A DNA stretch of 64,000 nt from the human T2T-CHM13v2.0 reference genome, Homo sapiens, in NCBI RefSeq assembly GCF_009914755.1, contig NC_060939.1; one strand, written 5' to 3'. How positions within the stretch are numbered: position 1 is the first letter of the stretch; the number at the start of each line of letters is the position of its first letter. Made by a program: the position numbers and the translations under genes. Shown one piece after another: positions 1 to 16,460 of the stretch. The notes under the pieces were generated by a model. That model saw nothing but the letters and a program-made list of their open reading frames with translations, was not told where the DNA came from and searched no databases.

Positions 1-530
1 ACCTAATCTCTGGAGCTCATCACTTTCAGTCTTCTCAGAGACATGGCTCAGTTGATGATTCCTTCTTTATCACTTCTGTCTTCAGCCTCTGCCTCTCTGG
101 GGGTTCCTCGCTGTCAGCACTTTAAACATGCTCAAGTCTCTCTAGATTTAGAAATCACTGTCCCCTATTCCCCACATCACTTTGTGGTTACCTTCCTGCA
201 CTTCATTGTCCCAGCAAATTTCTTGAAAGCATTGTTACATGTGCTGATTTTACCTCCTATGTGCACTTCCTCAGCCCACCATACCATGAAAACTTCTTTT
301 CCCAAGTTAACCAAGTTTGTGACTATCTTGCAATTAATTCTCTGGACATTTTGGTCCGTATCTATGTGACTTCTTGGCAGCATGTGGCACTGTTGACTGC
401 TATTATCCTTCATGAAATCTTCAACTTGACTTCTGTGACATTGATCTCCTCAGTTTTCTTCCTCTTGCCATTCTGACTGGTACTCTTCAGTCAAGCCCTT
501 CTTCCCCTGACCATGGTGTTTTTCAAGTTT
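1..530 (+). mobile_element. L2 LINE fragment (ancient, degenerate)
   Basis: 285-500 resembles the L2 3' ORF2 region (aaacttcttttcccaagttaacc...cagcatgtggcactgttgac...ctcctcagttttcttcctc). Confidence 0.55.
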
Positions 531-535
531 TTATT

Positions 536-757
536 TGTATTGGTTTCTTAAGGCTGCCATAACAAAGTACCACAAATCAGGTGTGTTAAAACAACAGAAT
601 TTTTTTCTCCCTCATTTCTGAAGACTGGAAGTCTAAAATCAAGTTTTCAGCCATGCCAGGCTCTGTCTGATGGCTCTGGAGGAAGATTCTTCCTTGCCTC
701 TTCCTAGCTCCTCGTATCTTAGGTGCATCATTCTCATCTCTGCCTCCATAACCATCT
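536..757 (-). mobile_element. MLT1-type MaLR LTR fragment
   Basis: Begins tgtattggtttcttaaggctgccataacaaagtaccacaaa, the reverse complement of the MLT1 LTR 3' end; ggaagtctaaaatcaag motif; truncated. Confidence 0.75.
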
Positions 758-759
758 CA

Positions 760-1240
760 CCACATTTCTATCACTCTTTTGATAGAGTCCAAACCCCTCA
801 GCATGAATTTCATGTTCTCTCATGGTCAAGCCTCTGAATTTCCTACCTTCAGTTCTCATGCTCTATGCTTCCGCCGTATTGAACTTCTTCCAGTTCTTCC
901 AAGTTCCCATGTTTTCTCTCATTTCTTGCCCTCTCCACTGGTTATTCTCTCTGCCTGAGATATTTGTCATTTCTCTTTTCATCTGGCCATCTCACACTCA
1001 TTCTCCTTGTCTCAGTTAGATGTCACTTATTCAGACAGTCTTTCCTGAACCTGAGATTGAATTATGTACTTCTCCAATGACTGTTCATAGCACACTCTAC
1101 TTCCCCGTGATCACCCTTACCATAACCCTTTAACCATTTGTACTATACTGCACTATAAAACCCTTCATGATGCTTAGTACATTTAACTGAAGCCCTCAGC
1201 ACTGTGCCTGGCAAATAGTGCATGTAGAATAAGTATTTAT
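760..1240 (+). mobile_element. L2 3' end
   Basis: Pyrimidine-rich L2 3' region ending ctcagcactgtgcctggcaaatagtg...aataagtattt. Confidence 0.6.
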
Positions 1241-1793
1241 AACATGAAAAATGACATACATACTACATACAAGCTTCTGGGAAAATGAGTTGAGTTCAGA
1301 ATACTGTATTCGTAGACTAACGTAGATATCCTTAAAACTAAGTTACAAAATTTCTTATGAATCATTGAGTAAAAACAAATATAGAAAAATAGATGCTTGG
1401 CATCCTTTAGCTCCCCTAACTTAACTCCTGCAGAATACTTATTGATTAAATTGAAATGTTAGAATAAAAAAGAATATCAAAGATATTTTCATAGCCCGAA
1501 ACAAAAGTTTATTCTAATATAAATGATTCTTAAATATGAAAAGAAGATGTCTTTTATGTAGAGTCCAGCCTAATTCGAAAGCAATAGATAGATAAACTGA
1601 AGGAGAAATTTCGTAACTTCATATTTTTCTCACCGTCATTTTTATTCTAATCCTTTTAACTAAGAAATACATCCTCCCTGCTTTTTCATATCCCTTGACC
1701 CAATTGCAACATCCATTTAGTCTAAGTAGGAGACACTAAGCCAAAACATGGCAACCATTTTCAAGTAATTGAATTTTGTCTTCCAGAAGAAAG

Positions 1794-4480
<2,687 letters not shown>

Positions 4481-4639
4481 TATGTATCCTTTGTTGTTTC
4501 ATAGAGCAGAACATGGACCAAAGAATGGAATTTTTAGGGGGTCAGATTTGTATTCAACAGAGAGTTTAGAATAAACATTTCGTAGGCTGAATCACATAAA
4601 TTCCACATCAAAGAGAAGCTGCGTGTGATAAAGCAATAA

Positions 4640-4870
4640 CAATAACAATAGGTATGGTATTATTTGCTGAGTACCTGTAATGTACTAGACACTGTGCTAG
4701 GCATTTTCATAAGTATCTCATTAACACCCAAAACAATTCTGCGAAATCACTATCATTATTCACATTTTTATAAATAAACTGAGGTATGAAGAGAAAGGTC
4801 ACTTGGCTAAGCTCACATATTTAGTAAAAGGCAGAGGTAAGTATTGAAGCCAAGTGTTTCTGACTCCAGA
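4640..4870 (-). mobile_element. MIR SINE
   Basis: aaactgagg...tcacttggctaagctcaca...tctgactccaga MIR core, reverse orientation. Confidence 0.75.
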
Positions 4871-6009
4871 TTCCCACCACCACTGACACCCCTCTTTTCT
4901 CAACCCCACACTCCTTCTCAGTGGTAGAAGAAGTCTAAAGAAACAATCTCTAAGACTCTCTTAACAACTCTAAGAGTGTAATCTTCAACCCATTTCTTCA
5001 GGATATATAGGGGAATTTAACTATGAATGTCCCACAGAAAGACAGCCTAGTGAGCTTGAAATCTTAAGCCTGACAGGTGAATAAATGCCATGCTCTCTTC
5101 AGCAAACATAAAGCCATTAGAATCTAGTATCATAAAACAAATTCCTGTATAACTTTTTAAGAACACTGACAAAATAAGACATTATTTCCCATATTTTAAT
5201 CACCGCCATCTCCTTTGTGTTTCGGTACCCTTCCTTTTATTGTTTCTCAAGAAAAGTAAATTTCACTTTAGATTGCTTTGTGTTAAGAAGACTACAACTT
5301 AGAGAATGGATTAAAACTGAATTTGCAATCTATTTTCAGCCTATTAAGGGTAACTATTTAATTCTATCTGGAATTCATCACAGAAGAAAGATGCTTCCCT
5401 GGATTATAAAAAGCAAGGTAGCATTTCCCTGGGATTTGTCATACTTCAAGGTAGGTTAGGACTACCCTACCCAAATAAATTGAGACTAAGAATAATGCTA
5501 GTGGAATTCTGTCTTAGAAAATCCAATTATATGAATCTATCCTTGGTGTAATAGACAGGTTGGCATTCAAATGCTTTATTAACATTTCAGTCAGATTTTA
5601 TATTGATACAGCTACCAAGGCCCTCTATAGTTGGTATCTTCAGCAATATTATCTCTTTAGTCTACATTCCAAAAAGGTGGTTTAACCAATGAAAACAAAG
5701 ATAATTTCTCATCTGTATGCTATGCTTTACAGCCCTAGACTCCTTTCTATTCCCTGTGCCACTCTCCCAGATTAAGCTTCTTCACCTTTCATCTAAACCA
5801 TGATAAACACCTTCTAACTCTTTATATTAGTTAGACCTGCCTTTCCAAGTAACAGCTCTGAGTAAGTCACATTTTCCTCCTTTAAAAAAAAAAGTACCAG
5901 TGAATTTCTATTAACTACAAAATATCATTTTTAGCTTTCAGGCAAAAAATAGGATTCTTATCTTGGCCCAGAATTTACCTTTATGAATTCTATTTCTGTC
6001 AGTATAACA

Positions 6010-7280
6010 GACTAGACTAAATACCCTGAGTGAACTTCCCAGCTAAAATAACCTACATGCCAAATAAAATGTAAAAATAATCTTCGGAAATTAATTGCTG
6101 AACTAGCATGAAAGAATACTTCAACAGCTAAAATAGAAGTAAAGTAGGGACTCCTGGTATGTAAGCAATTACCAAAGATTTCCAGTTGTCAGAGAGTTTT
6201 CTATTGACTTCTGATGATTTTAAGCTCCTCCTTAATGGCTCCACCATACATGAGAACTAGTAGATAAAGCACACAGTCATCATAAAGGGGTGAGAATGGG
6301 TTACTCCCACATATGTAGGATCCCAAAGAGTATCACACTCAGTGTAAGGCAGAACAATAAATAAATCTGCCACACCAAAGGAGAAAGCCAGGGAATTTAT
6401 TGTATTAGTTAGTTTCCATACTGCTATAAAGAGCTACCCAAGACTGGGTAATTTATAAAGAAAAGAGGTTTAATTGACTCACAGTTCTACATGGCTGAGA
6501 GGCCTCAGGAAATTTACAATTATGGCAGAAGGAGAAGGAGAAGCAAAGACCTTCTTCACATGGTGGCAGAAAAGAAAAAGCAAGCAACAGCAGGGAAAAC
6601 TGACTTATAAAACCATCAGATCATCACTATCACGAGAACAGCATGGGGGAAACCACCCCCATGATCCAATCACCTCCCACCTGGTTCCTCCCTCAACACA
6701 TGGGAATTATGGGATTACAGTTTGAGAAGAGATTTGTGTGGAGACACACAGCTAAGCCATATTACTTGTCTATATTGATTTTGGTGCTGAAGAAGAAGGA
6801 AATATATCTTGAGAAGCACATGCAGGTTCTTCTCCTGGTGTTACAGTTTTGAATTCCTGATACCTATGTAGGTCAAAAAACTTTAAATGAATAATTTATT
6901 TAGAGTGATCTTTTGTTGGTAGTGCCACCACACAACTCCCCAAAGCAAAGGCAAATCCTCTTTGGAAGAATCTTTGAGTCCTTCAATTGAGATCTCAAAG
7001 AACTCCCATAGATACAGGTTCAAAGGAAATGAATAGTTCATATCAAAAATCTAATGACACATAACAAATCATCCTGAGTGGGAGCAAGCAGAAAGAGCAG
7101 ATGGCAGAACCCAATGTGTAAAAATTTCAGATATTGTAATTATCAGACACAGATTATGAAATATCAAATATCTCAAGAATTTTTAAAGCTTGAAAATAGA
7201 ATAAGGAATAAGAAACTATAAAGAAGGACAAAATAGATTTTTAAGAAATAAAACTTCTGCAAATGAAAGCATAATTGAAA
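6010..7280 (+). mobile_element. Old L1M/HAL1-type 5'UTR-ORF1 remnant, split by a THE1 LTR
   Basis: A-rich; ttcagatattgtaattatcagacacagattatgaaa resembles old L1 ORF1 sequence. Confidence 0.4.
6401..6764 (-). mobile_element. THE1 (C/D-like) MaLR solo LTR
   Basis: tgtattagt...gactgggtaatttataaagaaaagaggtttaattgactcacagttc...gagaacagcatgggggaaacc...ccatatta; 364 bp. Confidence 0.85.
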
Positions 7281-7289
7281 TCAAATTGT

Positions 7290-7665
7290 ACCCTTCCAAC
7301 CTCATCTCCCACCAGATTTTTGTTGTTCTCTACGTGTTCTCTGAACTTTCTTGCCTATGTTCTTTTGCTTCCATTACTCTCTCATTTTGAACTATATTTT
7401 TCTCTCTGCATTTTGAGCTAATACCCATTGATTAAGGGTCAGTTCCAATGCTAACTCTTCGATTTAGCCACCGTAGACATTCAGATAGGTCTCCATGTTT
7501 TGTTTACATTATATGTGACACTTAGAATATCATTTATTAGTTTGTTGATGCTAGGTGTATTTGCCCGGTTAGATTATAAACAACTTGAGAAAAAGAGATT
7601 ATGATATAAGCAACTCTATTTGTCTCAACTGGGTATGTGTCCTACCCAGAATAGATGTTAAATAT
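7290..7665 (+). mobile_element. L2 3' fragment
   Basis: Weak similarity to the L2 tail (ttagattataaacaacttgag...). Confidence 0.35.
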
Positions 7666-8018
7666 ATGCTGATTATACTGATTGGAGCTAAAAATTATTT
7701 TATTCCTGTAATGTATTCCATTCTATAGTCATAGAAACTTAAGCAACAAACTGCACAACAAAGAGGCCCACTTGGCTTAATTCCCACTGTGCATTATTTA
7801 TAAAAATCAATATAAAATTTTGTCTCCTGTAATATTATATATCTTGCTGTCTTTCCATTGAGCTAGATTTATGATAGTAGGAGACCCATATTCTTTCTTG
7901 CATCAAATTATGTCCCAGTTTTTCTCAATTTATGTTATTGCATTACTATTATTATTATATGGCATTAGTGATAAAACCTATTTAAGACCAATTCTGTTAA
8001 ACATATTTAGGGTTTTTT

Positions 8019-8775
8019 TTAATTGACACATAATAGTTGTACATTTTTGTAGGGTACATATTGATGTTTTGATATATACAATGTTTAGTGATCTGATCAG
8101 GGTAATTAGCATATCCATCATTTCAAACATTTATCATTTCTTTCTGTTGGGAACAGTCAATATCCGTCCTCCTTCTAGCTATTTGAAACTTTAGATTATA
8201 TTAGTAACTATAGTCATCCTACAGTGCTATATAACACTAGAACTTATTCCTCCTATCTAGCTATAATTTTGCATCCTTTAATAAATCTCTTCCTATCCCT
8301 CCCTTCCCCTTACTCTTCCCAGCCTCTAGTATCCTCTGTTCTATTTATTACTTCTATGAGATCAACTTTTTTTACAGCTTCCACATAGGGGTGAGAATAT
8401 TCAGTGTTTAACTTTCTGTTCTTATCTTATTTCACTTAACATATTCCACTTCTATCCATGTTGCCACAAATGACAGGATTTTACTCTTGTTATGGCTGAA
8501 TAGTATTTCAATGTGTATGCATATTTTCTTTATCAATTCACCTGTTATTGGACATCTAGGTTGAGTCCATACCTTGGCTTAGTGAATGGCACTGCAGTAA
8601 ACATGAGGATGCAGCTGTCTCTTTGATAAACTGATTTTCATTCCTTTAGATAAATGCGTAGTAGGATTGATGGATCATATGGCAGTTCTATTTGTAGCCT
8701 TTTGAGGAATCTCCATACTGTTCTCCATCATGGTTATCCTACTTTACATTCCCACCAATGGTAAATAAAAGTTTG
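8019..8775 (-). mobile_element. L1MA (about MA5-8) 3' end, 5'-truncated
   Basis: gatcagggtaattagcatatccatc and ttctagctatttgaaa 3'UTR motifs; TSD atttagggtttttt at 8005-8018 and 8776-8789. Confidence 0.85.
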
Positions 8776-11524
8776 ATTTAGGGTTTTTTAAAGCATTAAT
8801 ACAAGTTATTGAATTTAAGTATATCTAAAAGAATTTTTTGTACTGTTAGGGAGAAGTGAAGTGATACAAGGTAGATAGTAGGTGTTTGGGGCACTAAAAT
8901 CAGGATGACTTGGAGTGAGAACCTGTGTAGGAAATTTAGAACACTTTAAAATGTGGGCTGTCTATGAGTCAAATAATAATTTTAAAATGTATTAAAGAGA
9001 AAAAAAGAGGTGGAAATTTGAATAATACAAAAAAGGAATTAGAAAAGATGAAAAAAGCAGCTACAATGCGGGTTAAAGATGGTAACTGTCTTTTGAAGAA
9101 AGGGAAAACAATGTGGGTAGACTCATAAACATCAGGTAAACAGTCAACCATCCTTTAAAGCTCCCTTTCTCTTGGATAATACCAAATGGTTTCAATTTTA
9201 AAAACGGAAATTTGGCATGAAAGAGTTCTGTAACATGGCCTGCCCACTTACGGGATTTAGAGTAAAAAATGTAAACCAGCTGTGATACTGAGGTTTAGGA
9301 ATCATTTGTTGTCCATATTCAGTAGCTTTTCCCATGGAATTACAAAAAGAATTGTATGATGGATAGTCTACATCCTAATTATATAATTACACAGTGGAAA
9401 AGAACAGCTGAAGAGGAGCCGTTTCATCCTTGTGTCCAATGCCTGCAGAATCTATGTATCGCATAATGGATGGATGTCTTACTATACAGAAAACTATAAT
9501 TTTATTATGAAACGTTGGTTTTCATATGGGATTAGAATATGTATATTCAAGCCAGTAGAAATAAAATCAGAACTAATCTAAAGCTTCAAGCTGAACATCA
9601 ACCAAATCCAGATTGGGTTTTCATTAAGATTTGAATATATTTTAGGGAAAAAAATACTTTTCTTGACTTAGTTCCTCTGCTCTTCCAAGTGCAGTCAGTC
9701 CCAAAGCAGGAATATCACAAGGCATCCCAGCAAATAAAGATATTAAGGGCAAATGTCAAAACTTTCTAGGTGTTAACCTAATGGAAGTTTCTGAACCTAA
9801 TGGAAAATATAAGTGCTGAGCAAAGAGTAGGTAATCAATCATCTATTTTATCAACTATTTCTGTGCCCTTGATGTCAAGAGAGGTTATATGTGCTGTATC
9901 TCTCATAGAAATCTCTCCCTGCCAGGATACCAGAAAGCAATTCTAAATGTGGAAAGTGTTAGCTATTCAAGAATGGCAGAATGAGAAGTCAAAAAAAAAA
10001 AAAAAAAATCACAAGCTCAGCTAACCTGGAAACATGGCATGATGGAATTTCAAGACACCTGTAGCAGAAACATTTGCTGACTTTAACTCTCAATCATTAC
10101 TAAATCACGATGAACACCAGAGATATTCGGTAGCTAGTGAACAGAGAAGGGGAAGCTGGCCAAAATAAATGCTGGCAAAATCTGCCATTTATCTTTAAAA
10201 TATCTTGGGCTCAAGAGAGTAGGAGCCCTTTTTCCCTTCTCTGCTCACTTCACTTCTTTGTCTTGGCCTTTCTTCATCGTGTGGGGTTTCTGGTCAGCCA
10301 GCAAAGCTCTCCTCACAGAGCCTTGTCTTTGCTTACTGCAGCAACATGTCTTTCATTGCTACAGCACGTGACATGCTTAGGCTTTTGGAAATGGATTCGG
10401 GATTTAGTCCTGGGCTACCGGTACAAATTGCAGAGAACAGCTTGCTCAAACTCTGGGGGAAAGATGCTGACTTACAGTAATTGATAAGGTCATTCCTGCT
10501 GGATGATCCTCCAGTGGAGGAAAGGTAGCTACTATGCTTGGTAGAGAACTGGGAACATCAGTTCCAGAAAAAATGGCTTCGCATTTCACATGACATCCAA
10601 GAATTATATCACTCCCTGTAGTCCACCGTATAATAAGAAATCTGTAGCTTTCATTCTGTAAAAATTATTAATCATTTGTGGCTGAAAAATGAATCAGTGA
10701 AGTTAACCTACATTGTCAGGTTTGATTTATCTGGAGGTAAACAACATTCTAAGAGGATTTAGTGGGCTAGTGTTTAGTAAAAGGGTATGTCCAGGTCGTG
10801 GCACTACATAGATTGAATGTCCAAACATTTAAAAGCTCTTTCATCATTGGACTGAATAAGAAAATGACAGCCATCATTTGGTGACCTTAGAATGTCCCAG
10901 CTATTTGTAACAGACTTTCAGCAGTGAATCTAACCTCCCATCAGGCTTGGGTTAAATAAATGACAAGTTATTTTTCTGACTTTAAGATTAATATTGAGCT
11001 GCCCTGTTAAAAATATGTTCTTCTGAATAGAACATTAAATTACAATTATTTGGAGGAGTATGTGAAGGAGGAAAGAAGAGAGAGGCAATTTTTTTTCCTC
11101 CTTTTCATTTTATTTCATTAGGTTGGTGTCTCCACACCTCATCATAATATTTTTCTGTCGATACAGTGATTGCTACACTAACCACCTGTGCTAGACAAGC
11201 ACCTGCCTTAAAAATGCAATTTTTAGCTAAGATTTAAATTGCAAACTAGAATTCCAAGGCCCCTTGCCAAAACAAACTCACTTTTCTTTTGAAGAGAATG
11301 TTGTCTCCCAAGGAAGATTTTCCTGTACAGTACTCTGTATTTTGACTTAATAGCAAATCTCTCTTCCTCTCTCGCTAAATTTTTTTGTCTCTTGTCAGCT
11401 GGTTCAGGGCAATATCTTCATCAAATTCTCAAACAGCCAAGTGGGAGGTCCCTCTCAAATTCTAAAAATTAACTTCTCTTAGTCATTAACTCATTCATAT
11501 TTGAGGAATCAAATGTGTTCCTTA

Positions 11525-11987
11525 TATAGTAATTCCACCTTATCCATGAGAGATACATTCCAAGAACCCCAGTGGATGCCTGAAACCACCAAACCCTATA
11601 CATATTATGTTTTTTCCTGTTCATGCATACCTATGACAAAGTTTAATTTATAAATTAGGTGCAGTATTCATGTGCTCTGAGGACATTATTTGGTAAAATA
11701 TAGGTTAGTTGAACACAAGCACTGCAATACCAAGACAGTTGATCTGATAATGGAGACAGCTACTAAGTGACAAACAGGCAGGAGTAGGTATGACACAGAT
11801 ACACTGGACAAAGGGAGGATCTGCATCCTGGGCAGGACAGCATGAGATTTCATTGTGTTACTCAGCATGCTGTACAATTTTATATTTATTAATTGCTTAT
11901 TTCTAGAATTTTTCATTCAATATTTTTGGATCTCAGTTGACTGCAGGGAACTGAAAAGCAAAACCTCAGATAATGGTGCAGACTACA
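11525..11987 (-). mobile_element. MER44 (B-like; Tigger7-derived) non-autonomous DNA transposon
   Basis: ccttatcc...ttccaagaaccccagtggatgcctgaaacc terminal region; gctactaagtgac and ggacaaagggaggat internal motifs. Confidence 0.8.
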
Positions 11988-12818
11988 CCTTTAGAGCAAT
12001 GAAGACTTCCAAGAAAAAAATTTCAAATGTGGCAAACTGAGCTATTTATTTATGTTTAACCTTTATTTGAGGAGCATATTACAGTTTGTTTTACACTCTC
12101 GTTATGAAAAGGCAAAGAAGCTCTGTCCTCCACCTCTCATGTCCTCTGGTTCCCAGGATGCAGTGGGCAGTAATGGAATGCGCCTCACCTCTGGAGAAAG
12201 AATTGAATTTGAATCTCTGCTTGGCCATAAGAAGCATCAACCCACCATGCTACTTCTTTTAACATAAAGCAATTAATACAGGTAGGAAAATGGGATGAAC
12301 ATTAAATGTGACTTTTCCTAACATAAACCCATGGAGAAATCCAGAAATACCTTCGGTAGGGACACTGATTCTAATATCTCATATTGAAATGGTTGCCATA
12401 AAATTGGTGTTTTATGATAGAAAATGGTCAATGGTAGCCCTCAAGAAGTGCTGTTAAGAACCAACACAAGTGCCAAGTGAGGAATCTCTTTGAGTCCAAA
12501 GACAGAAATGACAGAAACCTCACTGGGCACCTGAGGATTAAGATCCTCTTATCACCATGATGTTCCACAGTGAAACACACACACCAGTAAGTGCTCAACA
12601 AATAGTTAACAATAAAAAAGAAATTAAACAAGAAAGCAGTAGCTTTTCTGTTTAACATGGAATAGGTCTAAAATCTCTTAAATTTAAATTTCAAATAAGC
12701 CTCATCACTTGTCAATTTCTACCTTATAACCATTGGGAGATAGAACTGATGGAGTGCTCCTACACATCTTTCATTTTTCACTGATGCATAATAGTTGTAC
12801 ACATTTTCCTACTCATAT

Positions 12819-13241
12819 TGCTAGGCCAGGAATGCAAGGCTCTGACTGCTGGGGCCCTGGGGCCATTTCATAGGGCTGTATTTGTAGAAAGCAATCTTAG
12901 AGGGATGAAATACGCTCTCCCTCCAGTATGACGAGCAGGTCTGCTTATTTACTCTTTGAAAAGTGGGTCTCCCAAGCTCGATGTTCCGCAACTGCAACAC
13001 AAAACATGCCCTCTGCCTGTTGCATGTGTAATATCCACCTTTTCATTCTATGTCACCCCGCTGAGACTCAGCAGGCAAATGGAACTAATACAAACATGAT
13101 GCCACTTTCTGTGCTGTGAATAATATAATCCTTCATCTCTGACTCAGAAATCTATGTATTCTGCCAGCATCCATGAAACAGCAATAGGCTATGTTATTAG
13201 CCTGTAAGTAAGCTAAAACCAAACCCCAGACCCAACAATGA
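12819..13241 (+). mobile_element. LTR40-like ERVL solo LTR
   Basis: TG start; ttctgccagcatccatgaaac and gctgtgaataatataatccttcatctctgac 3' motifs; possible catat TSD. Confidence 0.65.
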
Positions 13242-13246
13242 CATAT

Positions 13247-13355
13247 TTGTGTCTCCTAACTGTGACCTTCATGAGGACAATATTTGTGTTGGATTATTTT
13301 TGTACCACATGAATACAGTGCTTGTATAGAATAAGCACTAAGAAATGTGTTTGAT
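13247..13355 (+). mobile_element. L2 tail fragment
   Basis: ctgtgaccttcatgaggaca...aagcactaagaaatgtgtttga. Confidence 0.45.
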
Positions 13356-13564
13356 AATTAGATGGTTGAATTAATTATTCACCAATATTACAACAGCAAA
13401 TCTGGTGTTTAGTTTTACGTAAAATAACCCATGACTCTGAAATAGACCTAGAGTCCATACTAAAAATTAAAAGTGGGAAAAAAATTTAGAAATTAAAAAA
13501 TAGACAGTGACCCAACTGAGCATCAACAAGGTTAATTCTTATGCATGAACAGAATATAATACTG

Positions 13565-13770
13565 CTTCACATCTGAATAATGGTTTACACTGTACAAAGT
13601 TCTTCCACATTTCTTATTTTGCACCTCAAACACAGAGATAGGAAAAACATTATTATCTCTTTAAGGATGAGAAAGTGAATTTGTAAGACAAGCTGAAGAT
13701 CATTAGGTTTGTAAATAGCTGGGAAAAGTTCTGCAACCCAGATATTTACCCCCTCAAGTCAGGGCTCATT
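13565..13770 (-). mobile_element. MIR-family fragment
   Basis: attattatctctttaaggatgagaaagtga core-like sequence. Confidence 0.45.
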
Positions 13771-14690
13771 TCAAAATGTGGCATTTTCCACAGATGCTTT
13801 AGTATTCACGTTGCTTCTTTTGAAGGCTTCTTCTCATGTACTGATTAAGTTTAATATGCATAGCCTTACCAATATTTTCAGGTTCTTTTGTGTATGTGTG
13901 GCTGTGAAGGAATACGATTTCATTATTTAATAGGAAAAACAGGTCTGCAACTCTTTTTGAGTATGATCTGTTTTGAATACCACATCTTCTCACATTCCAC
14001 ATATTCTACTCAACAATACAATGAAGTTTGTAGACTTCATAGATGCATTTATTTTAGTACAAATTTCAAAAGCTAAGCTACAAACTCAAGATTTTCTTTT
14101 TAAAAAGACAAGTCCCATAGTGCAATATCTATTAAAACTGTAGATGTGGTAATAGACTGATTTTGTTATTGATTTACTTGTGAACACGGCCAGGCTTATA
14201 CCACTACTAACACAAAGCTTGTTACTCTTAAATCTCCAAAGTCCTCTTTCTAAATGCTCTAAAATTGTGTGTGAACTTTTAAAGAATTGCTTTTTTGAAC
14301 TAGTTTTCCATCTTTTTGAAATCATCTTAATTTATGATAATATATACCATCTTGTGCTAAGTAGAATAAATTGCCTGAAAGGCAAGCAAAATGCACTTAA
14401 GTATTATACAAATCAGAAATCATTCACATTTCCATGTTTTTCCGAAGAAAAACTTTGAAATATTAGCAGTTAAAAGTTTCCTTCGGTGATTTGTATCTCA
14501 CTACTCAGCATTAGTTCCTCCAGAGTATTTAGGATTTTTATCTGGCATATGAGAAAAAATAACCAGAGTTTGAACAAGTTGGTAATTCTGCTTTATATGA
14601 TCCAGCTGGCTGCAAAAAGAACCAGCCTGATATATCAGTATCATATTTCATAATTTCTCATTTCTATGTAATTGATAAACTCCCAAATTT

Positions 14691-14893
14691 TAGACTTGTA
14701 ACATACTGGTTTAAAGTTATGGACATTATCTCAGAAGATTTAACAATGGTGTGTTAAAAATATTTATTCAAAGTTTCCATTAGTGTATCACTTTCCAGCA
14801 CTGCTAAAAATTAGACTGCATCAATGACAAATTAAATCAAAGTCTATGACTCAGTTTCCTAGATTTCACAATTAATAGGACCAAAAATAACAT
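14691..14893 (+). repeat. Dispersed direct duplication A, copy 1 (203 bp)
   Basis: Hand alignment to 17114-17316: 185/203 identical, no indels. Confidence 0.95.
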
Positions 14894-15571
14894 GCTGTAT
14901 GTGTTGTGGATGTGGGGCAGGAGGCATAGCAGAGTGAGACGATGAATAGTTCACCAACATGAGGTCAGCAGATGCTCTGAAAGGATCCAGTAAGTAGCAC
15001 ACCATGGTGGGTTGCTTGCAGTTCTCATTCAGTTCCAGTTTCATTCAGGAATCTCCTGCAGAAGGTACTCTATAACCTTAAATTCATCTGTCTTCAGAAA
15101 AATGCTGTCCAAATTTCCATAAGTGCAAGATGCCAATTTTCGGGCTGTATGGATTTCTTTTGTCATTCTTAACTCAATCACATATCTAAGATAATAAATA
15201 CATAATGGATGCCAGTGATTTTACCCAACCCTTAGACCAGAGGAAAATAATCTGTAACAGTACACAACCAATATATGATAATGAACCTGCTAGAGAAAAA
15301 GTAAGAGAGATAGAAGAAAAGAAGAAACAAGTAAGACAGCAAAGTAGTAAATGAGGACAGAGGAAAGTGAAAAGAGAGACAGGCAAGGAAACCCTCATTC
15401 CAGGTGGCCCAGTGAAATGACTTCTTTCTTATCTATGCCTTGCTCCTGCTTCTACTCACTTCTGAGCTTGTTCTCAAGTTACTGTCCCAATAGAGATAAT
15501 TGAGTTAATGAATCTGCCTATCTCTTACCTAACACATAGCCAGACAGGTTTTTATTTCAACTCTTATTTGA

Positions 15572-15654
15572 AATACTATCCAATATGTATGTAACAAAAA
15601 TCAGTAAACAATACATACTATCCAATATGTATGTAATACAAATCAATAATACAA
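15572..15654. repeat. ~42-bp tandem duplication
   Basis: atactatccaatatgtatgtaa...aaatca occurs twice head to tail. Confidence 0.85.
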
Positions 15655-16408
15655 TGGTCCAATTTAAATTTCAGGCTAACCCTGAATGACTGTTTAGGTG
15701 TCAACTTCACATTTAAAAAGACACAACTCTTATATGTCTGAGAAGACATAATTTTTTTAAACCCTCACCATCATATTAAGCCAAATGAAACCCAAAAGTA
15801 GGTTTTCTTAAATGAAAGATTAAAGCATGACGTAAACAGTATGAACAACCAACAATATACCGACCTCTAAAAAGGCTAAGCCCAGAAAAAAAAAAAAAAA
15901 TACTTCCTACATCAGAGAGAGCCCTCTTTTAAGCTCATTTATTTGCCGCTTATAATCTATTTGAATGTCTACTTCTTTATTTCTAAGAATAAAGAGTTCT
16001 AAGAACATTGTTATATTGCATAATATTTAGCTACTTATCAACAATTTTTATCATTTGATAGCAATGAAGGTAGGAAGAACTAAATGGTGATTTTTCTCCT
16101 TCCAGGAAGGTGAACATGCAGAGCTACACACATCATCTTTCCTGTGATGTTACAGAATAGAATTATAACTAGTAAATTTATGACTTCAAAGTAGAGGAAA
16201 ATATAATGAAGATTCATTGGTAAATTTGATATAAGTCTGTTAATATCAAGAGTAAGGTAAACTCTGCTGAATATAATGTATCCAGCATATCACTGCCCTT
16301 CCTTTGACTTTATAAACTTGAGTTCTAACCTTGGAACATGAATTGCTAATTAGGAAACCAAAATTGATACCAATTGTGAATCCAGTCCTGAACTAGCTGT
16401 TATGGAAA

Positions 16409-16413
16409 ACACA

Positions 16414-16457
<44 letters not shown>
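16409..16457. repeat. (CA)n microsatellite
   Basis: About 24 CA units with one interruption. Confidence 0.98.

Positions 16458-16460
<3 letters not shown>

Noticed and set aside
10365-10372. E-box/CLEAR-like CACGTGAC
   Set aside because: Single motif with no promoter context
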